Assembly (NCBI GenBank): GCA_963755125.1
Contig: CAVWIP010000006.1
Location: 64,001-128,000, forward strand
Reading direction: 5' to 3'
DNA from: an uncultured delta proteobacterium
GTDB taxonomy: Bacteria > Myxococcota_A > Polyangia > Fen-1088
DNA: 64,000 bases
Shown here in pieces: positions 1 through 9,247 of this stretch. The notes below the pieces were generated by a model, which was given only the letters and a program-made list of their open reading frames with translations, was not told where the DNA came from and did no database searches. The position numbers and the translations under genes were made by a program. Every line of letters begins with the position of its first letter. The first letter of the stretch is position 1.

Positions 1-2
1 CC

Positions 3-887
3 CTGTGGCCGCTGCGCGTGTTGCGCGAGCACGCGCGACAGATCGCGGGTGGCGACTACGGGCGCCGCACGGGCGTGCGCTCGCACGACGAGATCGGCGA
101 TCTGGCCCGCGAATTCAATGCCATGGCTCACGCCATCGAGGAACGCGAGCACAAGCTGATTCGTTCCGAGCGTCTGGCTACTGTGGGTCGCATGGCGGCG
201 CATATCACCCACGAGATTCGCAACCCGTTGGCATCGGTCGGGCTCTATCTGGAGCTGCTTTCCGACGAGGTTGGGGCAGAGAACCCGGAAGCCCGCCGTC
301 TGGTCAAGTCGCTGTCGACCGAGGTCGACCGGCTGAGCGAGATCACGGAAACCTACCTGCGTTTCGTACGGTTGCCCAAACCCAAGCTCGAACGCGAGGA
401 TCTTGGTGCACTGGCCAGCTCGGTGATGGAGTTTTCCCGCGGCGAGCTGTCCGCGGCCCGCATCGATCTGAATCTGGCCATCGCGTCCGGCCTGCCCGAG
501 GTGGCAGCCGACGAGAGTCAGATCCGGCAGGCTCTGCTGAACCTGGTCCGCAACGCCAAGGAGGCCATGCCCGAAGGCGGGCGAATCCGCGTGGAGGTTG
601 GCACGGTCGACTCAGGATGGGTGCGCCTGGCGGTCGGCGACAGCGGTCCGGGCATCAGCCCGGAGAATCTGGGCAAGATTTTCGATCCCTTCTTCTCCAC
701 CAAGGAAAAAGGTACGGGCTTGGGACTAGCGCTCGTACAACAGATCGTGAGCGATCACGGCGGCCGCATAGAGGTGGATCTGCCCCCCGCGGGCGGAACC
801 ATTTTCGCCATCTTACTGCCGCCAGCGGCGCATGCCGACCTCGCCCCGCCGGTCAGCCCGTCCGGCAGTATCACCCATGCGGTGTGA
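3..887 (+). CDS. Sensor histidine kinase (HAMP-HisKA-HATPase), 5' end outside the window
   Basis: HAMP-like DEIGDLAREFNAM, H-box HEIRNPL, N-box NLVRNA, G1 DSGPGI, G2 GTGLGL; the frame is open to the window edge. Confidence 0.93.
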   Translation: MWPLRVLREHARQIAGGDYGRRTGVRSHDEIGDLAREFNAMAHAIEEREHKLIRSERLATVGRMAAHITHEIRNPLASVGLYLELLSDEVGAENPEARRLVKSLSTEVDRLSEITETYLRFVRLPKPKLEREDLGALASSVMEFSRGELSAARIDLNLAIASGLPEVAADESQIRQALLNLVRNAKEAMPEGGRIRVEVGTVDSGWVRLAVGDSGPGISPENLGKIFDPFFSTKEKGTGLGLALVQQIVSDHGGRIEVDLPPAGGTIFAILLPPAAHADLAPPVSPSGSITHAV

Positions 888-958
888 CGGGCGCAGCAGC
901 CAGACGCGACGCGGTACGATCGGGCCGCGGTCAGGTTTCTCAGGCAGGTCGACGACAG

Positions 959-1756
959 CTACCCGAGCATCACCGACTTCATTCCCCCGCTCGCGAACCG
1001 CACCAGCATGCTCGATCGCAGAACGGTTTCCACCTTGCCGCGGCCAAACTCCGGGTGCCAGATGACCTCGCCAACTTTGTAGCGTTCGCGTGGGTTGAAG
1101 GTGCGCACGTCGGCAACGTCGGCCAGCTCGCGGCCCAGAGCGCGCAGTTCTTCCGCCTTCTGCTCGGCTCTGCGTGCGGCCTCGGTTTCCTGGGGCGAAG
1201 CCGCGGGCGCAGAATCTTCGCTCGCAGAAACCCTGCGTGCCGGCGTTGTGCGGTAGTTGTGGCGGTTGCCGCAGGCCTGGCAGACGACTTGCTTGGGCGT
1301 CGCCCCGACCATGGCCACGATGTTGTGGGTCGTCAGTCCGTCACAGGGGCCGCACCAGGCGTCGACGTCGCCACCCACGCGGAACGCTCCCGCTGCCACG
1401 CCACCAAGCTGACTCTTGCTGCGCCAGGAAACCCCGGTGATTCGCCGTTCTTCGACCTCCGACGGACCGGAGCCGTGGCGATCGCCCGTCGATCCGGAGG
1501 CGATGGTGCCGATCCGGGGCAGTAGCGAGGCCAGGCGACGCAGGTCCGTGACCCGCCGTCCGAGCTTGCGTTCGATAAGCACGCGCTCGCCTTCCGGGAC
1601 ACCTGCGCAAAGATCGCGATAGTTCTGCGACAGGCGCTCGACGGCCAGGTGGGCGGAGGTCACCACGTCGCGTTCTTCGGTCCGCTCCTGGGCGGAGTGA
1701 ACCAGCAGCGCGACTTCTCGAATTTCTTCGGTCAAATTGTCCACGGTTGAACTCAT
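959..1756 (-). CDS. Hypothetical protein with zinc ribbon and C-terminal SH3/Tudor-like domain
   Basis: Likely start MSSTVDNL (ATG at 1756, purine-rich upstream); CGPC...CQAC pairs; C-terminal YKVGEVIWHPEFGRGKV beta-barrel-like motif. Confidence 0.7.
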   Translation of the reverse strand: MSSTVDNLTEEIREVALLVHSAQERTEERDVVTSAHLAVERLSQNYRDLCAGVPEGERVLIERKLGRRVTDLRRLASLLPRIGTIASGSTGDRHGSGPSEVEERRITGVSWRSKSQLGGVAAGAFRVGGDVDAWCGPCDGLTTHNIVAMVGATPKQVVCQACGNRHNYRTTPARRVSASEDSAPAASPQETEAARRAEQKAEELRALGRELADVADVRTFNPRERYKVGEVIWHPEFGRGKVETVLRSSMLVRFASGGMKSVMLG

Positions 1757-2096
1757 TTCTCTTCCTGGCCAGTTCCTCCCACGGACCCGGCGGGAAAACA
1801 ACTGACTAAGTGACCCGATGACGTCGCGTGGGGAGCCCGCCGGCTTTGCCCCCTGCGGGGACTTCGGGACGACCCGCCACCCTGCCCACCCCGCGCGCTT
1901 CGCGCGCGCCTTCGCCAGCGGCGCACCATCGCGGGAGGGCATGGCGAGGCCGAGCAAAGCGAGCGGGGAGGAGGTGGCAGATGGGGGGCCGAAGGGCGGA
2001 GCGAACCCTTTGAGGGTTCCCATGAGAAAGGTTGATTGCGTCGACGACAAAGGGCGTCTAACATTCGGGTCGATTTTCCCCTCGGAGCCATCAACA

Positions 2097-4289
2097 ATGC
2101 GTACCACGCCGATCGTTGTCGTCCTTGGTCTTGTTGCTTCACTGTCCTCGGCAGCCAGCGCGCAGATTGCGCCTCCGCCGGTCCCCGCTCCGGCGGTGCC
2201 GACGGCCAGCGCTCCAGCAGCCCCTCCGGTTGCAGCTCCTGCGGCTCCTGCGCCAGCGCCACTGCCGGTGGCAGCGCCTGCGCCGGTGCCGGCCGTCGCA
2301 CCCATGGCAGCGCCGAGCCCCGTCGCCATCACGCCTGCTGCCGTCGAAGGGGAAACCGATGACCGGCCACGCGGCTTCGCCCCGCAGAACTCGTTGGCGG
2401 GTTCAGTAGGCCTTCTGCGCATGGGCGCGGCCGAGGTCGGGCGCCTGTGGCAGCTTCGGCTGGGCCTCCACGGCGAGTACTTCAGCACGACCAAGATGTT
2501 GGTCGAAAACAGCGACCTCACGAATGGCGGGGATAGCAACACCCGCCTGCAGGGCGCGCTGACCTTCGGGCTCACGCCGCTCGATTTCATGGAGATCTTC
2601 GGCGCGGTGTTGGGTTCGGGCAACCGGAACACCCGCTGCCTCCAGGCCAGCCAGCCCCAGTGCGTTTCCGAAGCTGGCCGGACCGATCCTGACATCATCA
2701 AGGCGTTCGGCGACCTGATCCTCGGGACCAAGCTGGCCTATGCGCTGCCCAGCGGTTTCAGCCTGGGCGGCGAGCTGGGCTTGCGCTTCATGTCGTCGGT
2801 GAGTGGGCTGAGCTTCAGTGGCGATTCGACTTCGGTATGGATCAACGCCCTGGCGAGTTGGAACCTCCAGGCAGTGCAGCCCAAGTTGCCTCTTCGCGCT
2901 CACCTGAACGTGGGCGTCTATTTCGACAACTCCTACGACTTGGTCAACTACCCCGCTGGCACCACAATTGTATCGCGCTACGTTTCTTCCTTCGGATATG
3001 GCCTGGGCAAGGATCGCGTTCGGCTCGCCTTCGGTCTTGACGCCCCGTTGGCCGATCTGCTCGACGGACTGTCCTTGCGTCCGATAGCCGAGTATCACCT
3101 TGACTACATCTACGGCTCTGCGGACCCCAATTTCGCCGCCTACGGTGGCTCGTCGTGCGTGTCATCATCGACCTGGAGCTGCCGAGGCAACAGGGATCAG
3201 ATGTGGGTGACTCTGGGCCTGCAGGCTCAGGTGCTGCACAGCTTGACCCTCACGCTGGGGTTGGACTTGGAGTTGGAGTCTGTCGGCTACCCCTACGGCC
3301 CACCTCTGGCGCCGTGGAATTTCCTGTTTGGCGCCGCTGTCCCGCTGGACGTTCTGCCGCGGGTGGTGACGCGCAAGGTTCCCGTGGAGAAGGTGGTCGC
3401 CGCTGCGACCGAGGGCTTGGTGGCCGGCAAGGTGGTCAGCAGCCTCGGCACACCGGTGGACGGCGCGGTGATTGGTGTGACCGGGCGCGACCACTCGCGT
3501 GTCCTGGCCGAGGCGGACGGGACCTTCCAGAGCGTGCCACTGCCTCCTGGCCCGATGGAGTTGTTCGTGGTGGCCACCAACTACGAGAATGCGAACGCCA
3601 AGGTCGAGGTGGTGGCAGGACAAACGGCCAACGTGGCCATCACCATGACGCCGCGGGCTCCGGCGGGCAAGGTCACCGGCCGGGTGGTCGACGAGTCGGG
3701 TAAACCGGTGGTGGCCGCCGTGAAACTGGCTGGCCCGCAAATCGCCGAGGCCAAGAGTGACGATGCGGGCAACTTGTCGATCGGGATCCAGCCGGGGCAG
3801 TACGTGCTGCGCGTGGAGGCAGACCAGTACCTGAGCCGAGAGATGTCGGTTTCCGTGGTGGAAGGGGTGGACAACCCGCTCAACATTGTCCTGCGCTCGC
3901 GGCCGGCGGTTCCGGGAGTCGTCTTCAAGGACGGAAAGATCACCTTGCGCCAGCCCATCGCGTTCAAGGCGAATGGCAAGAAGCCCACGGCCCAGTTGGA
4001 ACCGGGCGCAACCCATGTTGTCGACGAGCTGATCGATCTGCTCATCAACCATCCCGAGATCCGGCAGATTCGCATCGAAGCCCACACCGACAATAGCCTG
4101 CCGCCACCCAAGGCGCAGGAACTCACCGACCAGCAAGCCCAGGCGATTGCCAACTACGTCAGCCAGCAAGGTGTGCCCAAGGACCAGGTGGTGGCCGCCG
4201 GCATGGGCAGCCAGAAGCCGCGCGTGCCCAACCTGGGCAAGGCTGGCAAGCTGAAGAATCGCCGGGTCGAGATCGTAGTCACGCAGTAG
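2097..4289 (+). CDS. OmpA-family outer-membrane protein with carboxypeptidase-regulatory-like repeats
   Basis: Signal peptide MRTTPIVVVLGLVASLSSAASA, Pro/Ala linker, beta-barrel-like middle, two G.V.G.V repeats, OmpA C-terminal IEAHTD...NRRVEIV. Confidence 0.85.
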   Translation: MRTTPIVVVLGLVASLSSAASAQIAPPPVPAPAVPTASAPAAPPVAAPAAPAPAPLPVAAPAPVPAVAPMAAPSPVAITPAAVEGETDDRPRGFAPQNSLAGSVGLLRMGAAEVGRLWQLRLGLHGEYFSTTKMLVENSDLTNGGDSNTRLQGALTFGLTPLDFMEIFGAVLGSGNRNTRCLQASQPQCVSEAGRTDPDIIKAFGDLILGTKLAYALPSGFSLGGELGLRFMSSVSGLSFSGDSTSVWINALASWNLQAVQPKLPLRAHLNVGVYFDNSYDLVNYPAGTTIVSRYVSSFGYGLGKDRVRLAFGLDAPLADLLDGLSLRPIAEYHLDYIYGSADPNFAAYGGSSCVSSSTWSCRGNRDQMWVTLGLQAQVLHSLTLTLGLDLELESVGYPYGPPLAPWNFLFGAAVPLDVLPRVVTRKVPVEKVVAAATEGLVAGKVVSSLGTPVDGAVIGVTGRDHSRVLAEADGTFQSVPLPPGPMELFVVATNYENANAKVEVVAGQTANVAITMTPRAPAGKVTGRVVDESGKPVVAAVKLAGPQIAEAKSDDAGNLSIGIQPGQYVLRVEADQYLSREMSVSVVEGVDNPLNIVLRSRPAVPGVVFKDGKITLRQPIAFKANGKKPTAQLEPGATHVVDELIDLLINHPEIRQIRIEAHTDNSLPPPKAQELTDQQAQAIANYVSQQGVPKDQVVAAGMGSQKPRVPNLGKAGKLKNRRVEIVVTQ

Positions 4290-4308
4290 TGACTTGCGAG
4301 CCGACGGT

Positions 4309-4439
4309 GGGGCGACCACCGCAGGTCGCCCCTTCCCGACGGCACGGCCGCGTTTGCTAGCTACGGCCCCCACGGACAGGACGGGAAGCTGGCATTGCGC
4401 GCGTGGCCGGCCGTAGGGGGTGCTCTGCGATCGCCTCAC
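4309..4439. repeat. REP-like palindromes between convergent genes
   Basis: GGGGCGACC-accgca-GGTCGCCCC at 4309-4332 and a degenerate GTAG-led copy at 4413-4439; same family at 34243 and 49552. Confidence 0.7.
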
Positions 4440-4504
4440 ACGAAGTGGGCCTGGCCGGACAGGCTAGCTCCGACCACGGCCACCACCGCCAGGGCGTGGT
4501 CTCG

Positions 4505-5080
4505 CTACTCGCGGCTCTTCAGGATGAGCAGGCGGTAGTTTGCGTACTCGGCCTGGCCGCAGGAGTAGAGGATCTCGGTCAAGAGACGGTAGGGCGTGTA
4601 CCGATCCGCGACGATGGTCAGCTCACCATCGAACTTCTGCCCGGTCATCTCCGCCACCTTCTTTTCCTTGCGCGCTACCCGGTTCAGTATCTCGACCAGG
4701 GGCGTGATGTAGTAACCGTTGTCGCCGTCGCGCTTGAGGGCCGGATCGATCTTTCCACTGTTGATGGGCGCCACTGGCTCGCCATCGACCAACACCACAC
4801 GCTTGGTGACCGTGACGGCGATCGCCTGCTTGGCGTTGAGTCGGCTGATCGACGACGGCAACATCATGTTCTGGTCCTGGTTGACCAGCAAGGCCGACGA
4901 GGTGAAGGTCTTGAGCAAGAACACCAGGATGATGGTCATCATGTCCATCATCGGGGTGATGTTCAGGCTGGTGATCTCCTCAGGCTCGGCCAGTTTGCGT
5001 GCGAAGGCGCGGACCGCCCGCTTGCCCTTGAGACGGTCCGACATTTCAGGCGCCGCGGGCATAGCCTGAGCGTCCATCAC
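4505..5080 (-). CDS. ExbD/TolR family protein (AglS-like)
   Basis: LNITPMMDMMTIILVFLL TM helix with conserved Asp; IVADRYTPY motif. Confidence 0.9.
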   Translation of the reverse strand: MMDAQAMPAAPEMSDRLKGKRAVRAFARKLAEPEEITSLNITPMMDMMTIILVFLLKTFTSSALLVNQDQNMMLPSSISRLNAKQAIAVTVTKRVVLVDGEPVAPINSGKIDPALKRDGDNGYYITPLVEILNRVARKEKKVAEMTGQKFDGELTIVADRYTPYRLLTEILYSCGQAEYANYRLLILKSRE

Positions 5081-5589
5081 AAGATCCCCGCTGCAAACAC
5101 GATGTCAGGGAAAAGCATGTGGCCATCCTTGTCCTCGCGCATGGCGTCCAGGGTCTTGATGACGATCTCATAGGCCGTCCCGGCGTCCGCGTTGAAGGTG
5201 GCCTTGGTCTCATCCTTGAACTGGTTCTTGACCTCGGTCAGCTTGGTGGTCAGGGCAACGTAGTCGTAGTCGCCAGTCGGCAGCTTGGGGATGGGTGGCA
5301 TGACGCCACCCGAACCGGCCAGCGTGAACCCCGAGTTGCCCACGGTCACGGTCAGGTTGAGGGTCGGCTTCTCTTCCGCGCCGCCGCCCCCACCGCCGCC
5401 GAAAGTTGGCGAAGAAGCGTTCACCGTTCCCAGCGGTACCTGATTCACCACCGAAGCGAGCAGGAAGATGATGATGTTGGTGACGATGTCCATGTACGGG
5501 ACAAGGTTGATCTCGCCGGTTTCCTCCTCGGCCTCCTCGAACTTCTCCTTCATCCGCCGCATGCGGGCCCGAACTTGACGTCTGGTCAT
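5077..5589 (-). CDS. ExbD/TolR family protein (AglQ-like)
   Basis: EINLVPYMDIVTNIIIFLL TM helix with conserved Asp; YEIVIKTLDAMR; 4-nt overlap with the next gene. Confidence 0.9.
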   Translation of the reverse strand: MTRRQVRARMRRMKEKFEEAEEETGEINLVPYMDIVTNIIIFLLASVVNQVPLGTVNASSPTFGGGGGGGAEEKPTLNLTVTVGNSGFTLAGSGGVMPPIPKLPTGDYDYVALTTKLTEVKNQFKDETKATFNADAGTAYEIVIKTLDAMREDKDGHMLFPDIVFAAGIL

Positions 5590-5633
5590 CGCATGTCCAC
5601 CTGGTTGGTGTGTCCTTTGGCTAGGATGGGATA

Positions 5634-6284
5634 TTACTTAGCTGCCGGTGCCCCGGCGCCGCTATGGGCCGATTCCGCCAAGAGGTTTTCGAGCTTGAGC
5701 GAGAAAGCCTCGAGGTCGGCGGCCTGCCGCTTGGACATGGAGCCGAGGATGGCGTGCGCGATGATGCAGGTCACGGCGATACCCAGACCCATGGCCGTGT
5801 TGTTGAGTGCCTCGGAAATACCCTTGGCCAGGAGGCTGCTTCGCTCTTCTGGCTTGGCGGCAGAAACCGCGCCGAACGCTCGGATCAGACCGACAACGGT
5901 ACCCAGGAGGCCGACCAGGGTTGCGATATTCGCCAGCGACCAGAGCACCTGGACACGCTTCTTGAGCAGTGGAGTCACATCCACCAGCGACTCCTCGATG
6001 GCCTGTGCCACCGCGATCTCGCCGCGATGCACCCGTTGCAGCCCCGCCTTGGCGACCTGAGCCACCGGGGCGGAAGTCGCCGAGCACAACTTGACGGCCC
6101 GGTCCACGTTGTTGGCAAGCACGAGCTTGCGGATCTGCTCGAGGAAAGCGCGCGCATTCACGCTGCTCTTCAGGAGGAAGAAGATCAGACGGTCGATGAT
6201 CATGGCGAGCACGATGACCGAAACCGCCAGGTTGACGTACATGAGCGTTCCGCCCTGTTCTAGGAACTGCGCTAGTCCTTGCAT
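5634..6284 (-). CDS. MotA/TolQ/ExbB proton channel protein (AglR-like)
   Basis: ANIATLVGLLGTVVGLIRAF and GISEALNNTAMGL motifs; GGAGG RBS. Confidence 0.93.
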   Translation of the reverse strand: MQGLAQFLEQGGTLMYVNLAVSVIVLAMIIDRLIFFLLKSSVNARAFLEQIRKLVLANNVDRAVKLCSATSAPVAQVAKAGLQRVHRGEIAVAQAIEESLVDVTPLLKKRVQVLWSLANIATLVGLLGTVVGLIRAFGAVSAAKPEERSSLLAKGISEALNNTAMGLGIAVTCIIAHAILGSMSKRQAADLEAFSLKLENLLAESAHSGAGAPAAK

Positions 6285-6454
6285 CTCATCCTCCGCGAGC
6301 CCCTCGGCCCGCCTGTGCGAGTCCGCGCGGGCGGGCTCGCAGCCAACAGCAACGTTTCTCTTGAATAAAATCTTCTACGACGGCCGCTATCTTATCGGTC
6401 AGCCCCCCGGTGTCAAGAGACGCGAGGCGCTAGCTGAAGATTCTTGTTGACCGA

Positions 6455-8959
6455 CTAAAATCGTTCATCGGAGAACCGCCCAGAACTGCCGGCGCGGAAG
6501 AGCGGCGGCAGGGTGCCCCGCTTGAGTGGCATGAGCCGGCTGCCCGGCTTGTCCGGCGTGGCGGGCACGCCCTTCTCGGGGTCGGCGCGCACGAAAATGA
6601 CCCCGGGTGGCGGCTCGAAGTCGCGCACCGGGACCGAGCGCAGGGCCTCCTGCATGTACGAAAGCCAGATGGGCAGGGCCACCTGACCGCCGGTTGCGTC
6701 GTGGCCAATGGGCTTGAAGTCGTCGCGCCCAACCCAGACGCCGCAGAGCAACTCGGGCACGAAGCCGAAGAACCAGGCGTCGCGATAGTTGGTTGACGTC
6801 CCGGTCTTGCCCGCGGCTGGCCTGCCCAGCTCGCGCGCTTTCTTGCCCGTGCCGATCTCGATCGCGCCCTTCATTAGATCGGTGACCACATAGGCGGTCT
6901 CGGGCGACAGGCGGTCTTCACGCGGTTGTGGGGCGGTGTGATCTTCCAGAACCCGCCCGTCGGCGTCCACGATCTTCACGATGAACACGGGGCTGACCAG
7001 CTTGCCGCCAGCCGGGAACGCGGCGAGGCCGTACGCCACCTCTTGCAAGGTCAAATCAGGGGTTCCCAGCGCGAGCGACAGCGACTGAGGCAGCTTGGAG
7101 GTGATGCCCAGGCGGCGCATGACGTCGATGACGGAATCGACTCCGATCTGGGCGACGATCTGGGCCGAGACGGTGTTGATACTCTTGGCCAGAGCGGTAC
7201 GCAGGGTCACGGGTCCCAGGTAGTCGGGCTTGTAGTTGTGCGGCGCCCAGGTCCCGGAAGCGGTCTTGAACTTGACCGGCGCGTCCCATCTGATGGTGAG
7301 CGGAGTCAAGCCGTGGTCGATGGCGGCGGCGTAGACGAAGGGCTTGATGGCTGAACCGATCTGTCGGCGTGCCTGAGTGGCGCGGTTGAACTGGCTCTTG
7401 CCGTAGTCGTATCCCCCCACCATGGAAGTCAAGTAGCCATTGGACGGATCCAGGGCGATGAGCGCGCCCTGGACCGTGGGCGCGCTGGCCAGGTGGGCGA
7501 GAAACTCCTCGCGGCGACCGTGGCCGTTCCCGCTCTGGGTGCGAAGGTACACCGGCACAACGTCGCCGGCACCCAGGTGCTCGCCGTGCGGCCCGGCCCA
7601 GGCCAGGGCCTGGGATTCGCTGGCCGGGTCGAGCGGCGCGAGCAGACCCCCGGATGCGACCACGACCTTCTTGCCCACGCTGGTCACCACGGCTGCGTAG
7701 ACGGTGTCTGGATCGGTGTCGAATACGGGCGCATCGCGATCGTGAGCCGCGCGTCGGCGCTGAGCCCAGGCTTCGCCCGCGGCGCGCTTGGCCGCGGAGT
7801 CGGACAGGCGTGCGCCGGGAGTGGTGGCGTCCACGGTCGCGGCAGGCGGATCGGTCAGGGCCATGAGATAGGGGGACTGCTCGCCGTCCAGATTGAATCC
7901 CTCGGGTCCCACAGGACGCGGCTGGCCCGCGCCGAGCTGGCGCCGCTGGTCCACGTCCAGGTGGCCAATGGGTCCATCGAAAACCAGGCGCCGCTGTAGA
8001 TCCTCCAGACCGCGACGCAGGGCGGACTCGGCGGCCCGCTGCCGGCGCATGTCCAGCGTGGTGAAGATGCGGAAACCCCGGCGCAGAAGATCCTCGTCGC
8101 CATAGCGTTCGGCCACGTGCTTGCGCACCGTCTCGACGAAGTAGGGAGCGGCCACGTTGGTCATGGCACGGGTTTGCGCGACCAGCATCAGCGGCTCGCT
8201 GGCCGCAGTCTCGGCCTGTGCTGCGCTGATGAAGCCCAGCTCTAGCATCTGCTCGAGCACGTAGCGCTGGCGGCTGTGGGCGCGGTCGAAGTCTCGCAGG
8301 GGCGTGATGTTGCCGGGCGCCTTGGGCAGCGCCGCCAGCATGGCCGCCTCGGCCACGGTCAGCTCGGCCACGCTCTTGCCGAAGTAGGCGGTGGCCGCGG
8401 CCGCCAGCCCATAGGCGCCGTGACCGAGATAGACGTGGTTGAGATAGATGCCGAGGATCTGGTCTTTTCGGAGGCGTTTCTCGATGCGGAAGGCGAGCAG
8501 CGCCTCGCGCAGCTTGCGCGCCAGCGAGCGTTCCTGGCCGACAATGAGAATCTTGGCCACCTGTTGCGTGATGCTGGAGCCACCCTGCACCACCTGCCGG
8601 GCGCGCAGATTGGCCCAGGCCGCGCGCAGGACGCCCAGGTAGTCGACGCCGCCGTGCTTGTAGAAGCGCCCATCCTCGGCCGCGACGAAAGCTTTGCGAA
8701 CCAGATCAGGCACCTGCTCGATGGGCAAGAGCACGCGCTTCTCCACGAAGAACTCGCCGATGAGTTCGCCGTCCGCGCTCCAGATCTGGCTGGCGCGGAT
8801 GGGCTGGTAGTCGGTCACCGCGCTCAGGTTGGCAGGAAGGTCGGATTCAAACTCGCGGTACACCCAGTAGCCCAGGCCGACGCCCAGACACGCCGAGCCC
8901 AGCACCAGGCCGCCGACAATGCGCAAGCTGGAAAGCAGGACCGCGCGAAAGCGAGACAT
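6455..8959 (-). CDS. mrcA: Class A penicillin-binding protein (PBP1A family)
   Basis: N-terminal TM anchor; transglycosylase AAEDGRFYKHGGVD and GGSSITQQVAK; transpeptidase SAIK, SIN and KTG motifs. Confidence 0.93.
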   Translation of the reverse strand: MSRFRAVLLSSLRIVGGLVLGSACLGVGLGYWVYREFESDLPANLSAVTDYQPIRASQIWSADGELIGEFFVEKRVLLPIEQVPDLVRKAFVAAEDGRFYKHGGVDYLGVLRAAWANLRARQVVQGGSSITQQVAKILIVGQERSLARKLREALLAFRIEKRLRKDQILGIYLNHVYLGHGAYGLAAAATAYFGKSVAELTVAEAAMLAALPKAPGNITPLRDFDRAHSRQRYVLEQMLELGFISAAQAETAASEPLMLVAQTRAMTNVAAPYFVETVRKHVAERYGDEDLLRRGFRIFTTLDMRRQRAAESALRRGLEDLQRRLVFDGPIGHLDVDQRRQLGAGQPRPVGPEGFNLDGEQSPYLMALTDPPAATVDATTPGARLSDSAAKRAAGEAWAQRRRAAHDRDAPVFDTDPDTVYAAVVTSVGKKVVVASGGLLAPLDPASESQALAWAGPHGEHLGAGDVVPVYLRTQSGNGHGRREEFLAHLASAPTVQGALIALDPSNGYLTSMVGGYDYGKSQFNRATQARRQIGSAIKPFVYAAAIDHGLTPLTIRWDAPVKFKTASGTWAPHNYKPDYLGPVTLRTALAKSINTVSAQIVAQIGVDSVIDVMRRLGITSKLPQSLSLALGTPDLTLQEVAYGLAAFPAGGKLVSPVFIVKIVDADGRVLEDHTAPQPREDRLSPETAYVVTDLMKGAIEIGTGKKARELGRPAAGKTGTSTNYRDAWFFGFVPELLCGVWVGRDDFKPIGHDATGGQVALPIWLSYMQEALRSVPVRDFEPPPGVIFVRADPEKGVPATPDKPGSRLMPLKRGTLPPLFRAGSSGRFSDERF

Positions 8960-9247
8960 CGGTTTCTTTCTCTCTGGTTCATATGAGGCGGTGGGGCGTA
9001 GCCGTCAACATTTCGTCAAATACCTGGGATTCGGAGTAGGGGCCCAGTGCCTAGTCGTCGGCCACAATCCCTGTCGGACGGCGGCTTGCGCGTGTACAAT
9101 GCCTGATGCCGGCTGCGCGTTCTCGCGCCGTCCGCGCTGCGGGAATGTACAGCGACAATCGATTTCGACGGATTCGCGAGAGATGGGCGAAACCCGTGCG
9201 CCGCTTCGCGCTGGTTGTGCTGGATCTCCGTCAGGAAAGGGAAGCCC

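Noticed and set aside
5..2731. Long alternative ORFs (5..1525 +, the 1757-2731 extension of the minus ORF, the 1818-2096 extension) and the many antisense ORFs across the window
   Set aside because: They overlap genes with clear motifs, have Arg/Pro/Gly-rich shadow composition and are expected in high-GC DNA
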